DNA of 59,239 nt, the filler included, from Porpidia crustulata (Eukaryota): assembly GCA_964255105.1 (NCBI GenBank). It is 8 parts of 8 records of this genome, joined end to end, with 100 filler letters (N's around TTAATTAATTAA, not from the genome) between each part and the next. Parts side by side here need not be neighbours in the genome. Positions count along the whole stretch, not along the records: positions 44,535 to 51,838 come from CAXUWE010001358.1; positions 51,939 to 59,239 come from CAXUWE010001359.1; 6 more parts are not named here. The stretch is one strand, 5' to 3'. The translations under genes and the position numbers were made by a program. This document shows positions 48,275-59,239 of this stretch, piece by piece; within the stretch, counting starts at the first letter, position 1, and each line of letters starts with the position of its first letter. A model generated the notes under the pieces. That model ran no database searches and was not told where the DNA came from. It saw only the letters and a program-made list of their open reading frames with translations.

Positions 48275-49823
48275 AGTCCTGAAGGAATTAATGAACGTCG
48301 ACGCCGCATGGTGTGCTTAGGATGATGCTGCGTGATTCTCTGCTGAAGCTTTTTGAAGTTCCCACATAGCATGCCAATGTACCTCGGCCCGTTATTGCAA
48401 ACGTCGCTGCCTTGCTATGATTGGACAGATGTATGTTTTAGTAAGCCGTTCCTTACGTCTTGGCGTTCTTAGGTGTTTTCTTACCTACCTATCTTCCAAA
48501 GAGTTACACAATCCTCTCGTTTAATCCACGACCACATGGATATTGATACAGCTTTTTTTTGTGTGAAGCATATCTGACTAAAAGAGAGGCTTTCCAAAGG
48601 GTCTTATAGGCTGGACTAAAACTATGTATCATGCAACCTTGTCCAGAGCCTCATGTCCAATTTGATACAGAACTACTACAAAGGTAATTGCAAGTCTTGC
48701 CCAATCCGGACAAGGTACATGGAACTTCAAGTCTTGCTCACGTCGCTTACAGACTTGCAGTCAACCAGAGCTACTTAACCTTTAGGGGCTTCCGGGGTTG
48801 CACCGGGGTCTGATTGATTGGGGTCGGCCATTAGCCGCTCCAGCCGCCCCCAGACGTGGAACAGTGGTTGGGGCGGCTTTGCTCGACACAAACACTGGTC
48901 CGAGCTCCTTTTCCTTTTTCATTTTCTCCTGTGTCCGTTTTCGGGTTCGCTAAAGAGCATATGCGGAGCTCCTGGGGTCTCATACCTAACTTCTTTTTTA
49001 GATACGAAGTGCAATAGACTATGGTCCCGTTCCTTGGTGGTGGGATGTCCTCAAACGTTTCCTAGACAACCCTGGCCACTATCTGTTTTTGTTGACTCAT
49101 CAATGCTGTCAGACGAGATTACGGTTCCTGTTTCAAGCCATCTGTCAATCGGGCCGCTACAGTCTTCTGTATACATGAAAAGGATTCACTCAACCAGTTT
49201 GCACTCGAAGTTACAATAAAATGAACACTTCGATATCTTCGTTGATTTCAAGTTAATTTTATGAGGAGGAATATGCTAAGTGAATATAGCACCCTGTGCT
49301 ATAAGATGACCGACGGCGATTTGACCGTTTAAGGCGTTGGATGTCTATATTGCGGCCTTGCCCTGTAGCATGGCCCGTTCCCCATGTTGCTTTTCTTCTT
49401 CCTCTCAAGCGTGCCTAATAGTATCATGTCGAGGTATAGGGACTGCCTATGGTACACATAACGCTTAGCACATCGATTGGTTTTAGGTATGTTTCAAGCG
49501 TGCATTTTTCAGTTTGAAGCGCCAATGGTGGATAACCGCATGTGTGCCGCTGTATACCACCTAGAGAAGTTACCATCACTGGCATTCGAGACTTCCTCCT
49601 TTGCGTGGATCGTCTGTTACACTCCTCTTCATATAGCTCTTATACGTTCCTTTTTTTCGAGATCTAAATCGCGCTGGATTCTTGGATCGCATCTATGGTC
49701 TTTACTGAGACTTCTCTGTATAATCTTTCTTTACCACACTACGATCTTTAATATCTATCCCACTCGTCCAAGTGATTACTACTTGTGACACACATTCTCT
49801 GTACCCCCTCGAATTGGGTCATC

Positions 49824-51011
49824 ATGTATACATTCATTGTCATAATTATACCCTCTCTGCTAATATTTTTATTCAACCCTTTAAGAGGTATAGTCATAAC
49901 TCCCAAGGAATACGGCAATGTATGTTAACAATCTGGTCCTAGTTTATGCCGACTGCGAATGCGGTTACTCAGTCAATGCAACTAATTCTCCCCAACATGG
50001 GGTCTATACTGAGGTGTTGGAATCCGATTTCTTTCATCTCAAGGATATAACCAAGAACACCGATTGGATTACAAATGTCTACACGACCAACCCAACCGTT
50101 GCGGATCCGTACGGCCAGAATGCCACAGCAGCCAATATTGTAGATAATTATATCAAGGCAGATTACACTTACACTGGCGAAGGAGCTCTTGGCGGGGATC
50201 CAGGTCTTCAACTCTACGTTCGTGCTGGTGTCCCAACCGATGGCCATATCCCAATTTCAGAAACCGTATCTAGCCGGACCGACATGCTGTACGGTAGCTT
50301 CAGGGCGGCAATGAAGCTGACACCCCAACCAGGAACCTGTAGCTCATTCTTTTGGGTAAGTTTCCTTCTCTGGTGGATCTCTTCGTCGCAATACCAGGCG
50401 TCAATAATTTTGTGCTGATACACTTGCAGTACTTTAGTGACCAGCAAGAACTTGATGTTGAATTTCTCTCCCATGATTACTTGCCAGCCCCAGCAACAGC
50501 AGCTCCTGTCTACTTTGTCAATCATCACGCCCCTGATGCAGCAGGATCCGCGAATACCTTTAATGTCATTTTGTTACCCTTCCGCCCGGACCAAGGCTAT
50601 CACGAATACCGCTTTGACTGGACCCCAGACAAGATCTCCTTCTACGCCGATGGCCAGTGGCTTCTCGACTGGACCACTTTCTCTCCCTCCACTCCTGGCC
50701 CTCTTCACTTGAAGCATTGGAGTACTGGGGCCAACGCTTGGAGCCGCGGTCCTCCACCGCAGGATGCTATCCAAACAATGTCTTACGTCAAAGCCTATTT
50801 CAATACGACCGCCCCTGACCGCGTTGCCGCGTACAACAGCCGATGCAAAGATCCCGCGGCTCCGAACGCTATATGCCAGATACCCGATCAAAATGTCGCG
50901 CCAGATCCAGCAGGGCCGCATGGCGAGAGTTTCTTCTTTTCGTATCAACACAACATGACAGAGGGACAAATAATTTATGGGAAGACTGAGAATGCCGGAT
51001 TGTATGCATGA
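49824..51011 (+). CDS. Glycoside hydrolase family 16, secreted; introns about 49888-49942 and 50356-50429
   Basis: Signal peptide, ADCECGYS, YGSFRA, GTCSSFFW|Y..QELDVEFL (ExDxE), YHEYRFDWTP..FYADG, HWS.G..W..GPP. Confidence 0.92.
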
Positions 51012-51403
51012 TCCGCGACACTTTCTACAGTAAATAATTGATAACAATTCTGATTATACTTCATCATCTCAGTCCATAGTATTGAATATATGTCATGCCT
51101 GTTGATAACAGCATTGGTCGGCCAGAATTGCCTAGACTAGAAGTTCATCTGGAGGGGAATTATCTGATCTCAGGCCCAATGCAAATCTCGGATGAATATC
51201 ATACAAACGAAATATCATTTAGCCAGTATTCTGATACTTTGTTCCAAAGCCCGCATCAAATGACATCATGTTTAGCCTTTTCGCGTTTCCGCTCCACTCC
51301 ACCCTTCTCCGTTGCCATTAGAATGTCCTACACCACTCCGCAATTCCCATTCGTTTCTCAAACCCAACCACCACATCACCAATTTTTCTCCATCCTACTA
51401 AAC

Positions 51404-51838
51404 ATGTCTCCCTCTATCCCTTCCACCAAACGCCAAAAGCGCGAAGACTATCGCAAATCCCACCGAGAAAATGAACTTACCGAATTACCCAAGAAGAAAT
51501 TTTACAGGCAGCGCGCCCACGCCAATCCTTTTTCCGATCATCAATTATCCTAGTATGGCCCCCCCACTGCCACCGCCTTGCCCGAGTCCATTGAGTTATG
51601 AGCTGATGGTAGTAAAAAATTAGTCCCGCAAGTCCCGCTCATATGGACTGGTCCTCACATTACCCCGCCTACGCTACGGTAGACTCCGAGACGGTAATTC
51701 AAGAAGGCACCAAGCAATTGACAAAAGATATCACTGTGGCAGACATTGGCTGTGGCTTCGGCGGTCTGCTGGTTGCGCTCTCGCCTTTGCTTCCGGACGA
51801 GCTTATCCTTGGTACCCCCTCCGTCCCCTCCCCAAGTC
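51404..51838 (+). CDS. TRM8: tRNA (guanine-N7)-methyltransferase, 3'-truncated; intron 51553-51623
   Basis: PKKKFYRQRAHANPFSDH.L.YP..P..MDW..HYP and ADIGCGFGGLL..LS..P..LILG. Confidence 0.94.
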
Positions 51839-51938
51839 NNNNNNNNNNNNNNNNNNNNNNNNNNNNNNNNNNNNNNNNNNNNTTAATTAATTAANNNNNN
51901 NNNNNNNNNNNNNNNNNNNNNNNNNNNNNNNNNNNNNN
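51839..51938. other. Artificial contig spacer
   Basis: 44N-TTAATTAATTAA-44N. Confidence 0.99.
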
Positions 51939-54828
51939 CTCCCTGCCTTCGTCCTCCATCTCCTTCCGCCGCCGACGCTGCGCCTCCTCCAAGCGCGCTT
52001 TCAGCTCCTCGGCTCGCTCGAATTCATTCTCCTCTAGCGCGCGCTGGTCGGGGCGAAGGCGGCTGTCGGTCGGCGGTAATTTCCCGGCTTCGATGGGGGT
52101 GAATTCGTTCAGGGAAGCGGCGAAGGGGGGGAACCCGTAGTGTTTGTGTGCATCTTGGGGCAAGGGGGAAGGGTCCCAGACGGCTCGTTGTTCGCCGCGG
52201 GGATCGGAGGCGTCGGTGATATAGAGGGTGGATGTCCATTTCCCCGTTAGGCCCATTGGGAGTTCTTCGCCGGTCGAGGAAAAAGTTTGGGCCACGACGT
52301 CTTCGCTGCGGCCGGAGAACATGCCCTTGGATTTGAAAGTGACGGTGGCGTATTCGCCTGTGATTTCGTTCGTGACGGTCATGGTGCCGACGGGTTCGAC
52401 ATATTTCTCTCCAGTGATGATGTTGCGCAGGAAGCTTGTGGCGGGCGCGTAGCTAAAGCGGTCGCCTGTCGTGTGCAGCACGATGCGAACGCGGCCGTCG
52501 GTGATCAGTTCAGCGGACTTGCCCCAAAATTTCTGGGTAGGCATCGGGGACTGCATGAGAGACCAAGATTCCGCGTCAGCCTGGCAGGCGGTACGGACCG
52601 GCCGATGAGAGACTTTCTCTGCGACGAAGCGAAAGCCGCGGTCCTCGCGGACTAGCTCAAATGTTTCGCCGAGCATGGGATTGAAGGGTTTACGTATGGC
52701 GCGTTCTTTGACACGGGCGTTGGACAGGTTGGAGATGGCAAAGACGGTAATGTAGAGGAGGCGTTCGATGCTAGTTTTGGGGTTGGATCCGGCTTCGTCG
52801 AGGAGGGTAGAGTATTCCAATTGTTCAGATTCTCGCTGGAGGAACGAAAGGGGTTCATTTGCGGACACAGGCATGGAGATGGTAGAAAGGTCTTTGCCAA
52901 CATTTTTGCGAAGGAAGCCGATGAGACTTGGAGGGCTGATTGTGGGCGAAGGCACCGACGTCCTTCTTTCAATCTTTCCTCTTATTGGCAAGGGATCGAG
53001 TGATTTGGGTTTTGAAGGGAAAAGTGAGGTCGCAGGATCTGGGAACTCTTTGCCTCTCTGAAGTTTAGCCGGTCCTTCCAAATCACTTGCAGACCCCGAA
53101 TCCTCTTCGTCCATGGCGAAATCATTTGCGCTTGTTTCACTCTCTTCGTCGGTTTCATGGTGTAGTGCCAAGAGCTGAGGAGTACTCCCGCCATCAGCAT
53201 CAAAGAATTCCTGGGTTCCCTGAGAATCGATACTATGCCGGGAGATAGCTGAAACCGGGTCAGGGGAACTGCTTTGCTTATGCTCGTCGATAAGCATTGC
53301 AAACTCGGCCACGACCGAGTCAAGATCTTTCAGCAGAGCCATGCAGTGTTTGTGCAAATCATCTTCTTTGCTTCTTGGTAGTAGCGCGCTCTCTGGAGCG
53401 AGCGCAGATGTTTTTCTGGGGACCTGTGGTGGTATACTTGTACCCGAAGGCATCGAAGGTTGCGAAGAGAAGCTACGCCTGAATTTACCCGGCATAGTCC
53501 TTTCACTGCTTGGCTTGCGCTTCCAAAATGGTCTCTTTTCATAGTCATTGAAGTACCCGTTGCCAGGATTCTGCTCCGGGGGGCTTTCAGACGCGCTTGA
53601 AGCCGTAGATACCAAATCCGAATTGGTAGGCCTCAATGTAGCCAGTGGAGCATATTTAGGGTCAGTCTCTTGAGCTATACTTCGTGCTGCATCTCGTGAA
53701 CCTTGTATCCTATTCGCCAAGCGTTCAACTTTTGCCCATTCATGTCCTACTCCTATGGCAAGATGCGTCAAGGACTGTCGCATGTCAGGCATTTCTACCT
53801 GCGAACGAGATATGCCCATAGTTGAATTAAATTTGGTCCTTGCAAGCTCCAAGGCATGTTTCCACGCCTCGAAATCCTCTCTGTTGGAGGCTCTTAAATG
53901 CCATATTTCAGCCCCAGAATCAATACAAATTTGCCTAGTGGCAGCATTGGCTCCCACAGCAGCTAGAGAAAGCGGTACAGCTCCTCTCAGAGCCAGGGTG
54001 TTCCGGTTGTGATAGTATGAAAGCGTCGAAGTGCTGTAGTCCAAAGAAAAGAATCTCCGAGCATATCCTTGATGTCGTTTCCGACGTCTCTTCTGTAGCA
54101 TTCCAGTGAAAAAATTTGATGTAGAGTCCTTTCCTGAGTCCGTCAAGTCCTGGGTTCCGGGTTCGATACGGCCGTTCAGACCCTCAGCTACAGAAGATTC
54201 TTGAGCTCTGTTGCAGTCCAAAGACTCTTGCTCAGCTACTCTTGAAGCGGACCTGTGCTTGCGGATAGAAGAAGTCTTGGTGGACAACCCGTCTATGTGG
54301 TGCGTATGATGGCTTGATTGAGGAGGGTGATTGGTAGGGTACGTCAACAGAACGAACGTCACGGATTTTGAAAGCTGCTTGGCAAACGTGTTGTCGAATA
54401 CAAGTGCGTACATGCCCCCTTCTCCCTTGGGCACATCGTATTTACCAGCGGACACTTTGTTGGCGTCGCAAACTCCATACCACGACACTGGCTTGAGTCC
54501 AATACCCTTTAATTTTTCAGTCGCTGTGGAGGACGCATTTCGTGGAGGATGCAAGTCATCCACAGGATCGCCCAAACGCACACCGGGAGTTGGTGGGGGT
54601 TCGAAAGTCAGCGAAGGGAGTCTCGGGGTCGGCGCGCTGCCGAGACCAGGATGCTTGAAAATGCCAAAATTTATGGACTTCTTCTGTGGCTCGATATTGA
54701 AGAAAATGGTGTGTTCATCTTCAACGTTTACCCAACGGACAAGATAGGACCTCCTGTAACAAAGGTCAGCTTCTGAACGACGAAATACAATGCAACGAGG
54801 ATTACGAGTGTATCTCGAGATGCTCCAT
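51939..54828 (-). CDS. OSH3: Oxysterol-binding protein Osh3-like (GOLD-PH-FFAT-ORD), 3'-truncated; intron 54754-54805
   Basis: MEHLEIHSRSYLVRWV, GOLD (LVFDNTF.K..SK), PH (KRRRKRHQGYARRFF), FFAT EFFDA, and ORD (KPFNPMLGETFE, EKVSHRP, TDSRLRPDQ). Confidence 0.95.
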
Positions 54829-55356
54829 CGTCACAGCACCATACTTGGCTCATGAAGCGTGCTATCGTAGACGCTGAGATGCAGTGAGAAAAGTCTAGAG
54901 GGCCGGTTCGAACGACTTGTTAAGTAGATTTGGGGTATTTCAGGTTAAGTCGGCGGAACAAGGGACTTGGCGGGCCCGAGACACCGTTTATAAGCCTCAA
55001 AAGCTCGGACCACGGGTAAAGATTGATACTGTCCGTAAAATCCCCGAATCATCTCGAAGGCACTGGACGATGGCTTTGGAAACTTGTTCATGCATGGAAA
55101 AGAGTCACGCTGACGCTGACGCTGACTCCAGAGCCGATAGATTATGTGATTATGGACAAGGCAATATGCAATCTGACTAGCACACACGCACACTAGGTAT
55201 GCAGGGCTAGTCCTGCTGGTACCCTAGGGCTAGGGTAGCTCACTTCCCCCCGCTTAACTCCCAAAACACTCCATCACATTTTAGTAGATTCCTGGAACTC
55301 AAGACGGATTTCAAACATCAAAACTTCTACATCTTCTCGTTTAAGAACCTGCTTCA

Positions 55357-55929
55357 ATGGCATTGAAAGCGATGACGACAATGGTACGTGGGGTTGAAAG
55401 TACCATCGATTACAAGTTCAAGGACCCTCTGATTGCATGGGAGGCACTGCAAGCCGCTAAGCCTGAGGCACATCTGGCTGGCAATCGACACATCCCACCA
55501 GATGGCAATAAGAGGCTTGCCGTCCTCGGAGATTCCATCCTTAGGCTCGCACTTGTTGACGAATGGTACTCTGGTGGTGAGACTCGGGGTAATGAAGTGA
55601 AGTGAAGCGTCTAGCCAGCGGAAACTGCTAAAGCGTGCCTAGAAAGCGCCAATCAAATTATTGCGGTTGTTGGTTCTAACGTCAATCTGGATAGGATTGG
55701 TAGGGTGAAAGGACTGGAGAAATACATCAGCACAAATCCATCGCAAAGTCATCTCGTTTCGCCAATTACGATGACAGCTACTGTAGAGGCAATCCTTGGT
55801 GCCGTTTACCTTGATAGTGGCAACAGTGTTAACAATGTCAAGCAAGTCATGAAAAGTTTGGGCCTGCAAGCCTCCCGACATAAAACGGATAATGGAACAT
55901 TGATAGTGGCTCCAGGGGAATCCACGTAA
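55357..55929 (+). CDS. Stand-alone RNase III-domain protein without dsRBD (about 170 aa); intron 55589-55642
   Basis: I.Y.FKD..I..EAL, signature GNKRLAVLGDSIL, SN..L..G...GL, ATVEAILGAVYLDSG. Confidence 0.88.
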
Positions 55930-56546
55930 TAGCTATGATCCATACCCGGATTCTCCACTGAAACTTCTCTGCGGATGCCTGACCAGGCAGAAGTGAAGTT
56001 CATGGATGGCATAAAGTCTGGCTGTCCATTGAGGCGCTCTCTATGGAGACCTCGCAGATGTCGCGACAATTTCATCTACAGATATCTACGCCATAAGTCA
56101 AGCGCTGCATCGATTCCTAAGAACGCAGCTGGCCGTATAGACTGTATGAGAGGAGATTCCGTCGAGCGGCCATGAAGGTTCTGAATTACTAGCTTCCAAG
56201 AGCGTTCAACCCGAGTGAGGAGGTAAATGCGATTACAGCCTTGCCTCACCATCTGCGAAAAATCCGAAAACAGGAAAATTCAGGAATAAAGACTATTACA
56301 TTCGTGCTTTTACAAGTTCCATCTTCTAGAATATCCTAGTACAGTGAGTGAATGACCATTAACTCGTCCATCATTTCTTATTGATCAGTGGATGACGTTC
56401 AATAGAATTCAAAGTACATAGAGTGGTTCTAACAAATCGGACTCTTTATAAAGGGTGCTTGGTACCTTGCAGATTTTATTTAATGTTCTGTGAATATCGT
56501 CATGGCTTGCTGCCTGCTGCCTGGCTATCCTTCTCGTTTTTACACT

Positions 56547-56903
56547 CTATAGGAATACCAGGAATTTATTCCACGTACCTTGCACAGATCTCTCTTCGTG
56601 TACTACTAAGAGTCAGAAGATGGAAACGAGATTATCGCAAACTTCGCTCTTGATTTTGCAGTCTATCCAAGTGGTCAGATTTAATTTCCCTTCTGCATGC
56701 GCACTTCAATTAATGTGTATTGACTTTCCCAACAATTCTTGTATTTCTAGCTGTTTGATCATTGCTGCTGTTCACTTCTTCCATCACTCTGGCGATTTGC
56801 CCCGTTTGGAAGGTAGACTGGGGCCTGAACGCGCAATCTGTTGCTCGATCCACTTTGTAACTCCCCATTTGATGTAGGCATTCACCAAAATTCCCAGCTT
56901 CAT
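56547..56903 (-). pseudogene. Stop-interrupted relic resembling repeat 1 of the neighbouring 665-aa protein
   Basis: One minus-strand frame reads MKLGILVNAYI..ARSGPSLPSKRGKSPE*WKK*TAAMIKQ..*SAHAEGKLNLTTWIDCKIKSEV..F*. It aligns by eye with SGPLPDTKQPEIEVWKKD..IRQ..WMDGLIHRE. Confidence 0.5.
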
Positions 56904-57230
56904 GAGTCTAAGTGAAATTTTTTTCAATTAGCCTGCATCTCCCCAAGATGAATCGACACTTCAGGTGACACAAAGGCCGTGACTCGCGATTATATAAGGC
57001 TTGGAATATTCTCAGTATCTAAACTCTGAGAAGCCAATATCTCGAGCGAAACGTCGAAGAGGCCACAAGTTCACGAGGTTTGCTAATAGTGTATTTGTAC
57101 TATCGGTCTGCTTCTTTCCACGTCACAGACGACTTTCACTCTACCGCTCGAATACACACTCTTGATACAGGTTGAATCAAGCAGGAAGTACGACTACGTA
57201 TAGGAAGAGACCTCATCACTTTTCGCGAAG

Positions 57231-59228
57231 ATGGCTTCGTCTTGCGTACTCACTCGTGCCAGCACGCGTACTTCCACCTCGCAAACACCAATTCTGGCCT
57301 CTCCACAACATTCAGCAGAGGTACGTAAGCCTAGGAAAGTCCCTCAGAAATGCAAAGAGGCAATTACAGCGACCACTCCCACCTCCAATCCTCCCGTATC
57401 ATCGCTTGTACCATGTCAATCGCGCCATCCTGGAGGGCCATCCATACCTATGAAAAGCCCACAAGAATCCACAACAAGGATTAGGGACGCCGCTCCACTT
57501 TGCAATTCTCCTCTAGAAATACCTGCAAGGCATCAGATACCTCCTCTCACAGAGGATTCTACACCCAGATCAGCAGTCAAAATACCTGCAAAAAATATCG
57601 AAGACACTCCCTCCACTTCCAACGCCACTTCTCCAGCGAAGCCGCTTACATCAGGCCAACGGCAAAGTCTTCACGAAGATGCGGATCGCGCGATTGAGAC
57701 GTTCTTGAAATGCAAGCCCGGTCTCAGAACAAGACCTATTTATAATGCCCTTCGCGTTAAAAGCTTGCTCTCGAACCGCTACCTTGGAGATTGTTGGCCC
57801 ACTAAGTCGCACCCTAGCCACCCTTGCCATTGTCTTTCTGTTACCACCAAAAAGATCACTGACGCTGCTATCAGCGCTGCACTGGCTCACTACACCAGAA
57901 TGCTGACCCTATCTGGACCTTTGCCAGACACCAAGCAACCTGAAATTGAAGTGTGGAAGAAAGATCTAATAATAAGTCGTATCAGACAGGCACAGAAGTT
58001 CGCTATGAACGATATACAAAATTCTACGGGACTAGTCATGCACAACGACATTCACCATGGTGGAGGATTACGCGATCGCGCCCGGACAGTAGTTCACGAT
58101 TATTCGGGGCATGTGCAACCATGGATGGATGGTCTCATTCATCGCGAACTGATCAAAGCAGCAATTACGGCCTTTCAGGAAATTGACGAAAGAAATGGCA
58201 CGACATATGCAACAAATAGTCAAGGACCGTTGTTCTTCTTCAAACGCCCTGGTACGGATTTCAGTAATCCATTCATGACACGTTATCCTTGCCTCTGTAA
58301 AAATACTGCAGCCAACGATATTGCTGACAGCGTACTCACCAACGCGGTAAACTCGGTGACTAACCTCTCATCGATGAGTCCAGCGGGGCAGGAATCCATC
58401 GAGACACGCTTGGCGACATGCATTGGCAGAGCAACAGTTGCTATCTTGGAGGAAATTGCCGAGGCCGATGATTTCATTCACCGATGCTCAGCTCACGGTG
58501 CATCACCGCACATGCACCCTTGGATGAGAATGAAGGTACAGTCCTGCTGTTCCGAAGCGGCGTCGAAGGGATTGCAGATGATTGAAAAGGATTTTCAATC
58601 AATGAAGAACTTAGGTACGAAGACTCGTGCAAAACATGAAGAAGAGCACGAGTCCATGCCCAGCTTGCGCGAGCAAATCATGCCGATCCTACCCTTCCAG
58701 GCACATGTCAGAGGAACGCAGACTTGGAACGCAGCTACTCCAGGAGTGCCCTCTATCCCAAACACCCAAGCGCAGCGGGAAACCGACAAGCGAATCTACG
58801 CAAAAAAGCTTTCCGAAGCCGTATTTTCCATCACCCTCCAGCGCCTCAAAAACACCACCCCAGCCGAGCACTACAAAGCCGCAGCCCCTAGACTGACAAC
58901 CGCGCTGACGCCACCAATCGCCGCGGCCCGAGATTCCGCCCTGAAGATCATCGCAAGATACGAATCCATCGCCGACAGCGCCGGAAACATTGATCGCGCC
59001 CGAAACCTTCCCCTACAAGAGCATGGGTGGAAGGATTCGATCCTGATATACGCCATCACGACCGCAGCCAAGAGGGCGGGCGAGAACTTACGAGACGAAC
59101 TGGAAGCTGCAAAGGTGCACCACGAGGGCCAACGGCTCCATAACAAGACAAGTGGGGAGTTGGCGGCGGGCAGGGCTTTGCTCGATCTGGCCGAGAGACC
59201 GATCCCGCGTATCACGGACGTGGAGTAG
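57231..59228 (+). CDS. Unrecognised 665-aa single-ORF protein with a disordered N-terminus and three diverged helical repeats
   Basis: Long intact ORF with no known motif recognised. Internal similarity centres on PCxC...I.D and H.PW/HGW......AA. Confidence 0.8.
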   Translation: MASSCVLTRASTRTSTSQTPILASPQHSAEVRKPRKVPQKCKEAITATTPTSNPPVSSLVPCQSRHPGGPSIPMKSPQESTTRIRDAAPLCNSPLEIPARHQIPPLTEDSTPRSAVKIPAKNIEDTPSTSNATSPAKPLTSGQRQSLHEDADRAIETFLKCKPGLRTRPIYNALRVKSLLSNRYLGDCWPTKSHPSHPCHCLSVTTKKITDAAISAALAHYTRMLTLSGPLPDTKQPEIEVWKKDLIISRIRQAQKFAMNDIQNSTGLVMHNDIHHGGGLRDRARTVVHDYSGHVQPWMDGLIHRELIKAAITAFQEIDERNGTTYATNSQGPLFFFKRPGTDFSNPFMTRYPCLCKNTAANDIADSVLTNAVNSVTNLSSMSPAGQESIETRLATCIGRATVAILEEIAEADDFIHRCSAHGASPHMHPWMRMKVQSCCSEAASKGLQMIEKDFQSMKNLGTKTRAKHEEEHESMPSLREQIMPILPFQAHVRGTQTWNAATPGVPSIPNTQAQRETDKRIYAKKLSEAVFSITLQRLKNTTPAEHYKAAAPRLTTALTPPIAAARDSALKIIARYESIADSAGNIDRARNLPLQEHGWKDSILIYAITTAAKRAGENLRDELEAAKVHHEGQRLHNKTSGELAAGRALLDLAERPIPRITDVE

Positions 59229-59239
59229 GGGAAAGGAGA

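Overview
Eukaryotic DNA from a filamentous ascomycete (Pezizomycotina), judged from short GT-AG introns with CTRAC-like branch sites and fungal protein families. The window is not contiguous. It holds eight contigs of 7329, 7327, 7327, 7324, 7320, 7307, 7304 and 7301 bp, sorted by length and joined by an artificial 100-bp spacer (44N-TTAATTAATTAA-44N), so gene neighbourhoods across spacers mean nothing. Recognisable genes: NlpC/P60 peptidase (partial), GH76, an Mx-like dynamin, a C2H2 finger protein, LSG1, acyl-CoA dehydrogenase, PBS2, an auxin-efflux-family transporter, a GT-A-like protein, CDC23, ERG20, a GH72-like protein, MDM1/SNX, GH16, TRM8, OSH3 and a stand-alone RNase III. The strongest leads are: (1) a GH72 homologue lacking both catalytic glutamates and carrying a transmembrane helix and cytoplasmic tail (possible glucan sensor); (2) on contig 8, a Mini-III-like RNase III next to an unrecognised three-repeat protein and a divergent, stop-interrupted copy of its first repeat; (3) an intron-containing bacterial-type NlpC/P60 gene; (4) two tiny TA|CTCG inverted-repeat elements with telomere-like cores; (5) an in-frame TGA in the PBS2 N-terminus. 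All family calls come from motif recognition, not database searches.
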